A stretch of DNA of 64,000 bases. It comes from the human T2T-CHM13v2.0 reference genome, Homo sapiens. The translations under genes were made by a program, and so were the position numbers. Positions 43,520-57,468 of the stretch are shown here, in pieces. The stretch lies in NCBI RefSeq assembly GCF_009914755.1, contig NC_060936.1, one strand, 5' to 3'. The notes beneath the pieces are model-generated. The model worked only from the letters and a program-made list of their open reading frames with translations, made no database searches and was not told the origin of the DNA. The stretch's first letter is position 1, and every line of letters starts with the position of its first letter.

Positions 43520-44665
43520 ACGGACAAAGGATGTGAATAGACGTTTTTGCAAAGAAACATACAAATGGCCAATAAGCACAGGGAAAAATGCTCAACATCT
43601 TTAGTCATTAGGGAAATGCATATCAAAACCACAATGAAATACCACTTCACACCCACTGGGCTGGGTATTATAAAAAAAGATACAATAACAAGTGTTGCTG
43701 TGGATGTGGAGAAATTAGAACCCTTATCACTGGTGGTGGGAAGGTAAAATGGTGCAGCCACTTTGGAAAACAGTTTGGCAATTCCTGAAAAAGTTAAATA
43801 TACATCATAAGATCTAGCAATTCCACTCCTAGGTATGTACCCAAGAGAACTGAAAACATGTTCACACAAAAACTTGTACATTAATGTTCATAACAGCCAA
43901 AGAGTGACAGCAGCCCAAATATCTATCAACTGGTGAATGGATAAATAAAATGTGATATATCCATACAATGGAATATTATTCAGCCATAAAAAGGAAGTAC
44001 AGATCCATGCTACAACATGGATGAATCTTGAAAATACTATGCTAAGTGAAAGAAGCTAGACAAAAAAAACGATGTTATATGAGTCTATTTATATGAAATG
44101 TTCAGAATAGGCAAATCCATAGAGACAGCAAGTAGATTAGTGGTTAGTGCATAGGGGAGGCAGAGAATGGGGAGTAGTTACTGCTAATAAATACAGTGTT
44201 TCTTTTTGGGGTGATAAAAAGTTCTAGAATTAGTGGTAGTGGTTAGACAACCTTGTGAATATATTGAAAACCACCGAACTGTGGTACTTTTTTTTTTTTT
44301 TTTTTTTTGAGATAGGGTCTCACTCTGTTGTCCATGCTGGAGGGTACTGGTGCCATCTTGGCTCACTGCAACCTCCACCTCCTGGATTCAAGCCATCCTC
44401 CCATCTCAGCCTCCCAAGTAGCTGGGACTACAGGCATGTGTCACCACATCTGGCTAGTTTTTTGTATTTTTGGTAGAGACAGGGTTTTGCCATGTTGCCC
44501 AGGCTGGTGTCGAACTCATAAGCTCAAGCAATCCGCCCTCCTTGGCCTCCCAAAGTGCTGAGATTACAGGTGTGAGCCACCATGCCTGGCCAAAATTGTA
44601 TATCTTAAATGGGTGAACTGTACGGCATATAAATCATATCTCAATTAAAAACAAAAACAAAAAAG
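43520..44665 (+). mobile_element. L1MB (MB7/8-like) 3' fragment, interrupted by an AluJ
   Basis: atacaaatggccaataagcac...tgctcaacatctttagtcattagggaaatgca, ggcaaatccatagagacag and gtgaactgtacggcatataaatcatatctcaat. Confidence 0.9.
44288..44592 (-). mobile_element. AluJb-like
   Basis: T-tail plus full Alu body with ttgcccaggctgg and gctcaagcaatcc. Confidence 0.92.
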
Positions 44666-46454
44666 AACACATGGATGGCACAGGGCAGGTCTGTGGCATC
44701 TGTAACTCTTACAGTGGGTCACAGAATATTAACTTTCAGGATTTACAAAGTCCTGCTCTAAGCTCTCACTAAGCTTTTGAAACCTGGATCTATGAAAATA
44801 AATACAGCATTCAGTTTCTAGCCAAATGTTTCTCCATAAACCTAAAGTTTAATGTGTGGCTTTTGTAATCTCATCAGAATTTCTGAGATGAGGTATAAAC
44901 ATGTTAATTAGAAGAAGACAACTTCAATCATTTTCTGTTCTAGCCTGAAATCTCACATATCTAAGGAAAGCATTTTAATTCCTATCAAGAGACAGAAGTA
45001 CTGCAGGGTTGACAGCATCGTGAGAGTACAACAGTGGTGTTCTGAGGAAAGTAAGAAGTGCCCATGGTTCTAGATGCTACATTACAGCCTGTGATGCTCT
45101 AGCAACCAAGATATAACACTAACCAAAAGAACAAGACAGGATGTGTTCTTGATTCTAAGATCTACTTCTAGCATTTCAATTCTCCTAAAATCACAATGAA
45201 TTTTACAAATGGCATAGATGGAATATGATGGCATTTTTTTCACTAAGATACTAACTTCTGGTATGGCTTAAAATCGATTGATGTCAGTAGGTGGTAGTCT
45301 ACTCAGATGGTGTTAGCTAGAGGCACATTTTCTAGCTCAATCTCTCTATAATGGATTTTATATTCTAAATGCATGATTTCTGTGTTGAAAGAATAATTAT
45401 ATTTGCATATGTTTTAGCAGTCACCATGCAAACATGGTAAGAGTGGCTCTTTTGCTGGCAAATGTTGATCAAAATATACTACCCTTAGACCAATCAGGAT
45501 GTGTGGAAATTCTTTTACAAATCAACATATAATATTTACTACATTCATAAGTACTCTAACTGCAAATGAAATTATTCAACTAAAATGTATTTCCAGGAAA
45601 TTTATATATAAAGTATGTGCAAAGAAGGCACATTAGACAGTTAAATGCATTCTTCCACAATTTTGAATCTAAATACTACTTTCTGCATATAATACCTTAC
45701 ACATTTTCAAAGCATGTTTATACATTTCACTATAAATTTCATTCAATACTTCCCCATAACAACCCTTTAAGACTGGCAAGAAAAATACTACTTTTTTAAT
45801 TTCTATTTTATAATAAGGAAGCAAAAAAACAGAGGTTAAATGTGTTTCTAAGGCCACAGACCTGGTTAGTGGCAGGGTTAGGACTCTATTTTGATATAAC
45901 TCATCTGAGTTGGGTGTCTTCCTACTCTGTCACATAGCCTCCACATGGAAATGGTAAAATAATTGGTAAGACTAAGCATTAGTACCTGTCTTACATCCAA
46001 ATGGGACCTTAGCACAGGCTACTGCCTAGGATAACCCCACAGCTCTGTACATCCTCAACTACACACATGCGCACCTTTTGTGCTGGCACCTGCTCTGTCT
46101 CCAAGCTTCTGTGCTAGCCTAGTTCCAGATCCTTCAGTTCCTGTTACCTTCTGCTAGTCATGATCTGGGATATCACAGGGCAAAGCAATGACGTTAAGGA
46201 CAAGAAGGCACTCTACCTTGCAGTCCCGAGAATGTTCACCTACAAAATGACTCATTTAATCTTTACAACATCTCCCAAGGCAAGTCAAGGTAATTATCCC
46301 CCACTGAAGCAAAAGACAACTGAAACACAGGGAGGTGAAAGTTACAAAGTTGCTGAATGGCAGATCAGAGCCCAGATCCATGTCATTACTGCAATCCCAG
46401 AGCAGGTTCCATTTTACCACATTTGGTGAGAGGACTCGCACTAACCCATTCACC

Positions 46455-47150
46455 TATATATTCATTCAGCAAATATTTAATTATATATGATGCATCAGGC
46501 TGTGTAAAAGTTTGTGGGGACGGGAATAAATAAAAACGGTCTTTAGCCCTATAAATTTGCCAGTTTGTGAGGACAAAGTTTAAGGAGATAATTACAAATT
46601 ACGATAATTGCCTAAGGGAAAATAACGACTACTAAAGAATGTAACAAGGAGCCCTAACTTAGATGAGAACGTTAGATAGAACTTCTCTGAGGAGGTTACA
46701 TTTAAGCTTAGGCATGCAGTCAACCAAGTGAGGAAGGAGAGGAGGGTCCTTGCAGGGGGAAATATATGCAAAGGCCCTGAGGCAAAAAAAATCACTTGGC
46801 AGAGGGACAGTGTGCTAGGAGATGCAGCTAATGAGATATTCCACAGGCAGATCATGAGCCCCACCCTAGACTGTAAAGAATGTTTTTATCCCGAAATGCA
46901 AGAAGCCACTGAAGACTTTTCACAAGGGAATGTTATAATCTGACTTACATTCTTAAAAGTGCATTTCAGCCACTGTCTAGTCCAGAATATAAATTGCAGG
47001 GAGATAAGAGTGACAGGTGAATGACACTTAGACCATGACAGTGTCCCAGGCAAGGCTGGCACAGAAGAGTGGAAATATAAATGGATAAGAGTGACTTTCA
47101 AAGGAGAACAAAGCTTGGTTGTTAAATCCAAAGGATCCAGGGACTGCATC
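46455..47150 (-). mobile_element. L2 fragment
   Basis: ttcattcagcaaatattta, cttctctgaggaggttacatttaagct and gcaaaggccctgaggc. Confidence 0.7.
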
Positions 47151-48105
47151 ATGATCCAAGAGGCCCAGGATACACCTTTAACATCTTACCCTCAAAGAAA
47201 ATTTAAAAACAGGGCATACATCTAAAGTCAAGAGACAGTAAGTTTCTCCAGCTTGTTGTGGCAGCCAGCTACCATTTTTTTTTTTAATGGTTAGCTGTCT
47301 CCATATTACTTTGAGCCAAATAGAGAAGGCACTCCCCAAAGACCACTGCAACAACCTTCCTAAGCTATTACCAAGAATTGGGATCTAAGAAACTAGGACA
47401 CAGCTGAATCAAGACTGCTGAGAACCATTTCCTAAGGTCAGAGATTTTTCCCTGCTTAGGAAAGTCCAAGACCCAAAGTGATAAACATTCTCATCCATAT
47501 AGGCATGATTTCAAATGTCTTTTTCTTTCAAAGGAAATTCAGATGGCATTGTCTTAAGAACAGCCCAGACACGTTTATATAGCTTCCGTGCTTTATGTTA
47601 ATGTAAGAATGAAAAACAAACTGTCTCGCCATTTTCAGTCTCAATACCAAATTGTGTAACACTGAACACTCACCCTTGGGTTTCTATAACATGAGAACCA
47701 AGGAGTGGAAGGGACACATAGGAGAGAGTCGCAAAACTCACCACCAAATTGCAACTATTCTGATGCCTGTCTTCTGCCAAAGGGCAAGGGTTCTCTTGGC
47801 CAAAGCTGAGTTCCAACAGGCACTGCCTCCAGGGCAGCAGATGGCCATTCAGTACGTAAGCATTAGTAGGACCCTCTTTTATATTTATACATGGATTCAA
47901 GCCTGGGAGAAGTCTTATTGTTCCTTGCTTAGAGGAAACCATCTTGGGTCACACAACCAGTGAGTGGTAAAGCTTAGGTTGGAAGTTCTCAGGCAACAGG
48001 GACATGGTTCTGGGACATGAAATTCTAAAACAAGAGTGTTCACGAAGCTTAGAAGTTCTTACTAGGCAATTCCCCCCAAAAATCCTAATCAGAAGAAAAG
48101 TGAGT

Positions 48106-48119
48106 GTTGCTATGGAAAC
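48106..48119. promoter_or_regulatory. RFX X-box motif (predicted)
   Basis: GTTGCTATGGAAAC fits the X-box consensus RTHNYYWTRRNRAC and is 12/14 identical to GTTGCCATGGCAAC. Confidence 0.5.
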
Positions 48120-48529
48120 CAGTGAGCTTGCTCTGATCTTAAAAGGTCACACTAAACCTTAGGAAGGCAAATTGAAGGAAATACTTCGATTCACCCTTAC
48201 AGGGTGAATGTAAGAAAGAGGATGGCGAGGAAAGGTACATTCACTCAGAAACCCAAAGACAAGAATGAACTGAGGATTACAGAAATCATTCAGACAACAA
48301 AATTAGGCTTTAGGAATGGGCTCGTTAAAATACCATGAATATTTTTCTATATAGCAAATCAAGGATGGAGTATTTCTGGTGCTTGGGGTTAAGGAAACTT
48401 CCATTCAGCTTCTTTAAAGAAAATTTTCTTTAGATAGAAAGGAAGAAATGAACATTGGTAAGGCAGAACGAAAGTCCAAGATTAATCAAAAGATTATAAA
48501 AGAGCACTGGGCTGGTTCAAAATGGGTTC

Positions 48530-49600
48530 ATGTCACCTGGCATGGTTTTATGCTTCTTTTCAACAACTTGGAAATTTTATTACTGATCCACTGTTGGTGA
48601 AATTTAAGGAAGGAATTAGGGAGAACTGGGCATCACTAAGGCCTCTGTGAAGGTTCTCATGATATTCCTGTTGACTAGATGGTATATTGGGATTGAACAA
48701 CTTGGAGAACTGTTCTAATAATGAGCATGTCCACAGCATGCTAATGAAGATGGGGGCTGGCTCAAGCCTTGCCAAAGACCCCTTCACTCAGCTCTTGCCT
48801 GGCAGGCACAAGCTGCAACTTGAATGGTAACACAGAAGGCAAGATTCTCACATCTCTGGTTAGGATGAAGCCCAGGGTGGTAGTGAACTTCCTGTCCAAC
48901 CAAATCAGGATCTGATAATCTGTACATGCTGAAAAATTAAAATAAGGATCAATAAAAGGCATGGATTTGAGATCTAAAAACAAAGTGTACAAATACACGG
49001 AGAGCAGAAATTTAGGAGATGCTAGTTAAACTATCAGAAAGACAAAACAAAACCATCTCTACAGATGTCAGCAGACAAGTATGCTTAGTATGCTGTCACC
49101 CAGAGCTCTAGCAAACCTTAGGCTTCATTGATGGAAGCCTGATTTAGGAAGATGAAGGTGGAGATCCATAATTTTGCTCTATTCAAGGCAAATCAGGCCA
49201 TTTGTTAATGATGCATTCAGTGCTTAATGCTACCCATAAAAGGAGTAGAGAAAAACTAACCTATGAAGGCAAGTAATCAAGATGGTAAAAAGACTTAAAA
49301 CCATGACACACGAGGATGTTCAACTTAGGAAAAGAAAACACAAGTGGGCAGGAGAGCTGTTTTGAAATTATATGCAGTCAGATGGGAGAGGGTATGTACA
49401 GTATAGGTCCCCAGGACGTAGAACTGGCCCCAAGAGCGGAAACCAGCTGAACAAGGTGAAACAGTGTTGCCCAAAAGTCTGAGTTCACCATCATTTGAGG
49501 CTTCCAATGGGGGCTGAGTGCCACTTCACAGAAATAATGTGGAAAAGACTGGCTGAATTTAGCCACCTTAGTAGTCCCTTACAAACCCAACATCCCGTTA
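48530..49600 (+). mobile_element. Highly degraded L3/CR1 LINE
   Basis: ttctcatgatattcctgttgac, ttaggcttcattgatggaagc, aagatggtaaaaagacttaaaaccatg and atgttcaacttaggaaaagaa resemble L3 ORF2. Confidence 0.5.
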
Positions 49601-50675
49601 TGTAAGTTCAGTGATCAGTTTTCTCCATTGTACCCAGTTGCCGAAGGTGTTGAATCCAATGATGTAGCTGCCACATACTATTTTTTAAGCACACACCCAC
49701 ATTATGGCTTTCCTTCAGCAAGAATTGGAACAGGCTCCAGTCGGCACTTGCGCCCATCTTACGTACAAGTTTCAGTTCTTTCTGCCCCTACAAACACACT
49801 GTTGCCCAATTTATTTCTTGCAGTCTCTAATCTCAGAAAAAAAAGTTATTGTGTTCACTGACCTAGGGTACGCATATTTTGCTCTAATTAGAAATACAGT
49901 CTATGCTCAGTCTGAGATAGCCACTCTGGAGGCGTATTCTTGGCCAGATCTTTAAAAATCTTGGCAGTATCCTCCTCCCAGGACTTATACTGTGTGAGCA
50001 GCCTGCTATTATGGGCTGTTTTCATGGCTGTTGTGTCCGCAGATGCACCAGGGCCATCTGCAAAGGCTTCCTGATATTGAACACAGACCATGAGATAGTA
50101 TGAAGGCATGCTCCTGCAGTGAGGCACTAAGCACTTTCTGCAGAGATTGGGGGCCCCTCACCTACAGAGCAGTCAGTGCTCTCGGCTGAGCGCTCAACAT
50201 CTGCTTCTAGCATCACTGCCCGAGCTCCTTCAAAAGCATTTTGTTCCAAGGTACCACGCGATACGGTAATAGTAATTAACATCAGTTGAGCTTACCAACT
50301 CTGCTGAACACTCGATGTACTCTCTCTCTCTATTCTCTGAACTCTCCATGAAATATATATGATTTTCCTCATTTTTGAGATGAAGCAAACCAAAAAAGTC
50401 ATATGGCTGTTAAGTGGCCCGGCAGATATCCCCTCTCAGACCCCGGACTGCTTGCAATCTTAAAGCATTCTGTTCCACCTGGCACAGCCACACTGGGTGA
50501 ATGAATGATTCACATCCACATTTGCTGAGTGAAACCAGGAGAACACACAGGAATGATTCAGAGGTTTGCACTATTAGACATTCAACTCCCAGTCAATGAC
50601 TATTATTTTGTATTTGCAGGAAAGCTTGCCCAGACATTTTAAATAAAGAAGAAAGAGGTAAGGCAGAAGCCCTCT

Positions 50676-50973
50676 TTATTTTTTCTTTTTTGAGGCGGGG
50701 TCTCGCTCTATCGTCCAGGCTGGAGTGCAGTAGCACAATCTCGGCTCACTGCAAGCTCCGCCTCCAGGGTTCACACCATTCTCCTGTCTCAGCCTCCTGA
50801 GTTGCTGAGACTACAGGCGCCCGCCACCACGCCCGGCTAATTTTTTGTATTTTTAGTAGAGATGGGGGTTTCACCATGTTAGCCAGGATGGTCTGGATCT
50901 CCTGACCTCGTGATCCACCCACCTCGGCCTCCCAAAGTGCTGGGATTACAGGCGTGAGCCACCGCGCCCAGCC
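50676..50973 (-). mobile_element. AluY
   Basis: caagctccgcc and ttagccaggatggtc; TSD gaagccctct. Confidence 0.94.
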
Positions 50974-51303
50974 TGAAGCCCTCTATTTTAATGTCTAATA
51001 CTAAATTCTACTTTGTTCTCAATGCCTGTTTCTATTTTTAAAATGTTACCTATACTGAAAAGGAAACATGTTCTTCATCCCCGCTTTGACCCCCATCAGG
51101 GTGTGGCACACGATGGAGATGGAAAGAATCTACCCAGGGCACTATCTGAGAAGAAAATCTCAGGAGGAAATAATACACCATGGTTTGATTCCTCTTATAG
51201 AACAGCTGGTTTCAATTTGATACTATTTTTTGCTAATTTTAGTTTTTACTCAAGACAGAAGTAGCTTTAACACTTGATGGTCTGGTTTTTAAAGTGTGTT
51301 TTA

Positions 51304-51879
<576 letters not shown>

Positions 51880-52040
51880 CTAACGTCTTACCCTCTAGGT
51901 GGGGGCGAGAGCAGGAGGTCCCAATGAGTCACCGTTTAGCAGGAAGTGTTTCTTTCGCTATTTTCCTTCTCTATCCTCCTCTGGAGGCTGTGGTGGATCT
52001 TCTCTCCTCCTCAAAATAGATGTAAACGATATGAATAAAC

Positions 52041-52716
52041 CAGGGGTTCAATTCTGGTTGCACATTAGAATATTCTGTAGTGCTTCATGTATGTTTATTG
52101 CAGCACTATTCACAATAGCAAAGACTTGGAACCAACCCAAATGTCCACCAAAGATAGACTGGATAAAGAAAATATGGCACATATATACCATGGAATACTA
52201 TGCAGCCATAAAAAAGGATGAGTTCATGCCCTTTTTAGGGACACGGATGAAGCTGGAAACCATCATTCTCAGCAAAATATCATAAGGACAGAAAACCAAA
52301 CACCACATGTTCTCAGTCATAAGTGGGAGTTGAACAATGAGAACACATGGACACAGGGAGGGGAACATCCCACACTGGGGCCTGTTGGGGTACGGGAGGT
52401 TGGGGGAGGGATAGCGTTAGGAGAAATACCTAGTGTAAATGACGAGTTGATGGGTGCAGCAAACCGACATGGCACATGTATAACTATGTAACAAACTTGC
52501 AGGTTGTGCACATGTACCCTAGAACTTAAAGTATAATAATAATAATAAAAAATTAAAAAAATAAAAAAAGAATGTTCTGTAGTGCTTAAAACTGGTATTG
52601 CTGGCCAGGCGCCTCTGCACACTAATTAAATTGGAATCTCTGGGAAGTTGGGTCAGCTTTAGCATTTCTGAAATATGCCTCAGGTGATTGTGCTGGGCAA
52701 CTAGGGTAGACAGCCT
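52041..52716. mobile_element. MER5A-like element split by an L1PA
   Basis: caggggttc...ctggttgcacattagaat | aattaaattggaatctctggg...ctcaggtgatt. Confidence 0.6.
52086..52568 (+). mobile_element. 5'-truncated L1PA (PA5-like) 3' end
   Basis: ORF2 C-terminal remnant MFIAALFTIAKTWNQPKCP, 3' UTR and A-rich tail; 19-bp TSD agaatRttctgtagtgctt at 52067-52085 and 52569-52587. Confidence 0.95.
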
Positions 52717-53882
52717 GGATTAGACACTCTATTCTAAAGTCATTTATGCCACAGGCAAATGTCTACAGGTCTGCCAAATTATATTATTGAAGATCTTTAT
52801 TTTTCAAAACCTACAAACTTTAAAAGCTGACCTTTGGAAAATGAATTTTACTCTGACTTAAGCATGCTCATTGAAAGGAGAGAGAGAGAAAAAAGTTGTT
52901 AAAATAGAACAATTATACATGTATACATATGCATATACACACACACATAAATACCTCTCTGATATAATTTAGATGTAATTTAGTAGAAAACAGACATCTT
53001 CCCAATTGAGAGCAGCCTGCATTGTGAAATACTGCTCTAACAAAGTCAATGAATTAATTTGCAAAGATCAAGTTTGGCCAGGATGATTGTTGGGGCAGGG
53101 TATTAGGTGCCCTCTTCATTTGGCCAATTACTACACATCTCAGAGATTGTAACTTCCATTATTTCTTTGTGAACCCTTGCTGAGCCCCAAGACTAGATCG
53201 GGGGGCTTCCCCTGCCTGCCAGAACCCAGCAGGCACTTGAGTTTGCAACCCCCAGCCTGGAAGCTGCACCATAAAGGCATGCACACTTATACACTTGAGG
53301 GGAGACAATCTGATTTCCCCCAGTGCACGTCGTGATTACCCTCCATCAGCACTCCCGATTCCATTCTCCTTGTGTCTTCCTCTGACTGGGAATCAGCTGT
53401 AAAGCTGGCCTCATCTGCTCCTCCCCAGGCTGGGAAGAGAAAATTGTGTCATTCTGCAGACTTATGCCACCACAATTCTTTCACTTGTCCCGTGCTCAGC
53501 TCCACCTCAAAACATTTCTAAGTAGCTCAGCCTGTTTTTCTCTCTTCCTTCCTCAACCCCTTATGTGTGAACATTCCCTTCTCCAGGTGCTCGCCCTGCT
53601 ACCCCAGATGATCCACCGAGTGGAGTCACCTGGTTCTAACTACCATGCATATGTTGGGGAACCATCCTCTGTGTCTGCAGCCCAGACTCCTAATGAGCTC
53701 TTGGACCCACGTTCGTGAGCAGGATACATGATGGTCCACAGGCACTTCAGAACTTCAGCAAGCCACAGAACTCATCAGTTACTCCCCTCCACCCTCGAAT
53801 GGTGTCCCCTTGTAACTCCAATCTCAGTGATCTAACATAAGAAGGCACAAAGTTGCCCTAGTTAAGAAAACTGGGAGTCATC

Positions 53883-54455
53883 TGTGATGGCTTTGTGGTG
53901 TCATTTTGGCCAGGCTAAACAATATCCCCATAATTCCCTTTCTAGTATGTTTCTGATTAGGGTGGGCTACAAGGAAGACCTTCTCCTGAAAGTTGGTAGA
54001 TGGAAGGGAGATGTGGCCGTCTGTAGCACCCACATACACTCACTCAAATATGCAATCCAACATGAATCTAGGTGCTGCTGTGAAGGGATTTTGCAGATGT
54101 AATTAAAGTCCCTAATCAGGTGACTTTATAGGAGATTATGCTAAATAAGCTGATAATCAGTGGAAGGCAGAGAGGAGAGAGAGATAAAAAGAGAAAAGGG
54201 AAAGAAGACAGGAAGGAAGGGGGAGGGGGGAAGAAAAAGAAAGAGAAAGAATGTTGCAGGAGAAAGGGAGGAAAAAGAATTGCTTCCTACCTGTGGGCAA
54301 CAAGATTCAGCCTATGGGATTCCAAATTGCCTAGCCAGTTCTCAATTGCATAAGCCAATTCCTTGCAATGCATCCCTTTAATTCATACATATCTAGATAC
54401 CCACATATTCACTTTGTAGCTACTTGTTCTGTTTCTCTGGTTGAACCCTGACAAA
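53883..54455 (+). mobile_element. MLT2 (D/E/F-like) ERVL LTR
   Basis: tgtgatggc...tgtcattttggccaggcta, ctaggtgctgctgtgaagggattttgcagatgtaattaaagtccctaatcag and ttctgtttctctggttgaaccctgac. Confidence 0.75.
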
Positions 54456-54667
54456 CCCTGACATCAATGTTTCCTCTTCCCTCCTCACCTCAGCTCAAAT
54501 CAAGTTGATTCCATCTCTTCAATAGTTCTCTGATTCAATCCCTCCTCTCCAGAAACAGGGTCAATGCCTTAGTTCCAGCTGCCATCGCTTGCTTGGCATA
54601 ATGCAAAACCCACCTACACTGGTCTCCCTGCCTCTGGTTTCCCTCTTCACCAATCCACTCTCCAGAT

Positions 54668-54765
54668 CAGCCTTGTTCAACAGAAGCTTCTATGATGGAC
54701 ATGTTCTAGATCTGTCCTGTCCAATCTAGTAGCTACCAGCTACATATTTAACAGCACAATTCTAG
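54668..54765. mobile_element. MER3-like fragment
   Basis: atgatggacatgttctagatctgtcctgtccaatctagtagctaccagctacat. Confidence 0.55.
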
Positions 54766-56767
54766 ACTATCAGGGTTTTGTCCTAAAAAAATCCAAGAAA
54801 CATGCCAAATAATTCAGACATTTCTCAAAAACAAAGTAAGTCAAATACTGGAAACTGTCCAACAATACTAATAAATAAAATGAAAGTAAATCTATACATA
54901 TGCAAAAGATGAGGGAATATATTAAGCTATGGTGATGAACTCTGTGTATTGAAACTCTTCAACTCATTCAATAAATGATTGCTAAGCATCTATACACTAT
55001 GTGCCAGGTGCCCTGCTAGAGTCTGGAGATTGTAGACTGGACAGTCCCTGTTTTGCCACCCTACAGAGGCTTTACATACCAGATTGAGTAGCTACGCAAA
55101 GTCTATCCTGTGTGGTGAGAGGTATAACAGGTGCTAGAGCTGGGGCAGGCAGCCAAGGCTTTGCCCCAGGGCACTGACCTTTCGAGAACCCCAAAGCCAG
55201 ATAACATGTAATTGTAAAAACCACATATTTAAAGCCCCTCCAGTCCCAGATGCACCTCTAGCAGCTTCTAGGAATGGACAGAGCTAGAGACTTGGATCAG
55301 ACGCAGCCCAAGAGTCCTTGGAAACAGGGGCAGAGTGGGGCTGTCCCACTTGTATCCCTTTCGTTGCAAGGACAAAGCACCATTCTCCTTGCTCCACGTT
55401 CCAAAATGGTAAGCTAGGTCCTGCAGGGTCCCTAAGGGAGTCAACAGAAGGGCAAACCCAAACCCGGGTCAAGTATTTCTTCTTTGTTGTTTTCTGTGCT
55501 TTCTGGTATTTTTATAATAGAAATATTGCTTTATTTCAGAAATGCAAGTCTGATGTCACTTCTGTTTAAAAATTCCTTAGAAATACTGAGCAATTTTCCA
55601 AACTGTCTCACATATACCCCCAGTGCGGTTTCATGCCTCAGTGCCTTTGCACGTGCAGCTGCTTCTGCTTGGTATGGCCACCCTCCACCCCCACCGCCAC
55701 TCCCCAGCCCCATCTGTTTAGCAAAGGCCTATTCAACCTCTGAAACTCAGCCTAAATAGCTCTCCTGTGAAATGTTTCACTCCTCAGAAAGAATCACTGT
55801 AGTATATTTATTTATTTCTGTGAGTAACCTCCACTAAAATGTATACTTCTTGAGGTCAGAAACTGTTTTTGCTAGCCCAGCACCTAGCCCTGAATCTGGT
55901 ATTACAGAAGAAAGGAGCTTCTCATACCACCCTCCTCCATCCTGCTCACTTCTGCCTACCTGCAGCTCACCTCTCAGACATACAAGGGATGGGGAGAAGT
56001 TGCTAATCTGCTTCCTCTGAACACAGGATGCTGACAGGCCACCGTAACCAGCCATGGAGTAGTGGGGTCTTATGAAGCAGGAACTCGGGACTCCCAGCTG
56101 AACCAGTACTGCCCCCACCCATTACCCCCGGGCTCCATGAGTGGATCAATGGACTCAGTGGCCTTTAATCTGAGTTAGGGTGCAGTACTAGATGCTTTTG
56201 AAGCTTCTCATGAAGTAGATTCTGAGTCCCAAGTTAGAAAGCCTCCCAGAACCTCAAAGCAGGGCATGAAGTATTGGCAGGGCACAATATAAATATTCAT
56301 GACCCTTGGATAAATTACATCAACATAGCACCCAAACCTGACCATCGATCTCTAACATGAGCAATACGGCAAACCATGTTTGAAAAGACTAACCTGCTTG
56401 TAGTAAGAACATACTAGAAGCAAGAAAGCCTAGATTCTGATCGTGGAAAACCTGTGCACCATTAACAGTCTCCACTTTGTCACTTGTAAAATGAATGCAC
56501 TGAGGATAGAGTCAACTATCCTGATTATATGGCAGTTTGAGTTTTCAAAAATACCTTGCCAGGACCCAAACCAACAATTCAAAGCTCAGGAATTAGTGCC
56601 AGCAGGAGGCATTTCCTCACATAATTGCATCCTTCTCAGACAGCTGGATTCTGTGTCATTAGAAGAAGAAAAAAGACAACAGAGTCTGAGGTCTATTTCT
56701 TAGATTCTCAGTATTCTGTTACAGCTTCGCATGCACGTGACAAGTCACCTGGAGAGGCCCCTTCGAC

Positions 56768-56815
56768 AGAGATGAGAACAAACAGACAAAAGAGATGAGA
56801 ACAAACAGACAAAAG
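56768..56815. repeat. Perfect 23-bp tandem duplication
   Basis: agagatgagaacaaacagacaaa twice. Confidence 0.95.
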
Positions 56816-56981
56816 TCCCAGAGGGAATCACACCACACACTATTAATGTGACCAAACTTGAACTCAAATGTTCAGATTACACTGCCTGGTGACCCCCGTC
56901 CCTGGCAAATCAGTGAGATGAAATCTCTTACAGATACTGAATTTGTACTAGTTGATTGCTTATCACGAAATATGAAGTATA

Positions 56982-57324
<343 letters not shown>

Positions 57325-57468
57325 GAAATATCAGGTGTAATTTCACCTTGATTTATTAAAAATAAGAGACCTATTAGGAATGGGTGGATCCTGGAACAGA
57401 AGACAAGACAGTGGAAAAGCTGGTTCTGAACAAAGCTCATACTTTAGTTAATAGTAGTTATACGGTAT

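Noticed and set aside
47830-47850. CTCF-like GCAGCAGATGGCCA
   Set aside because: Partial match only; it cannot be distinguished from a plain CAGATG E-box.
49888-50127. Protein-looking 79-aa minus-strand ORF as an alternative PPM1H exon
   Set aside because: Not part of PPM1H as I recall it, with no clear acceptor/donor pair; a tblastn or PhyloCSF check would be needed to revive it.
51899-52285. 128-aa ORF with L1 ORF2 C-terminus
   Set aside because: It is the tail of a 5'-truncated L1PA of about 480 bp, which cannot encode functional ORF2.
55679-55710. C-rich tract as a G4 on the minus strand
   Set aside because: It needs a 9-nt loop and a 3-G tract; weaker than the two reported motifs.
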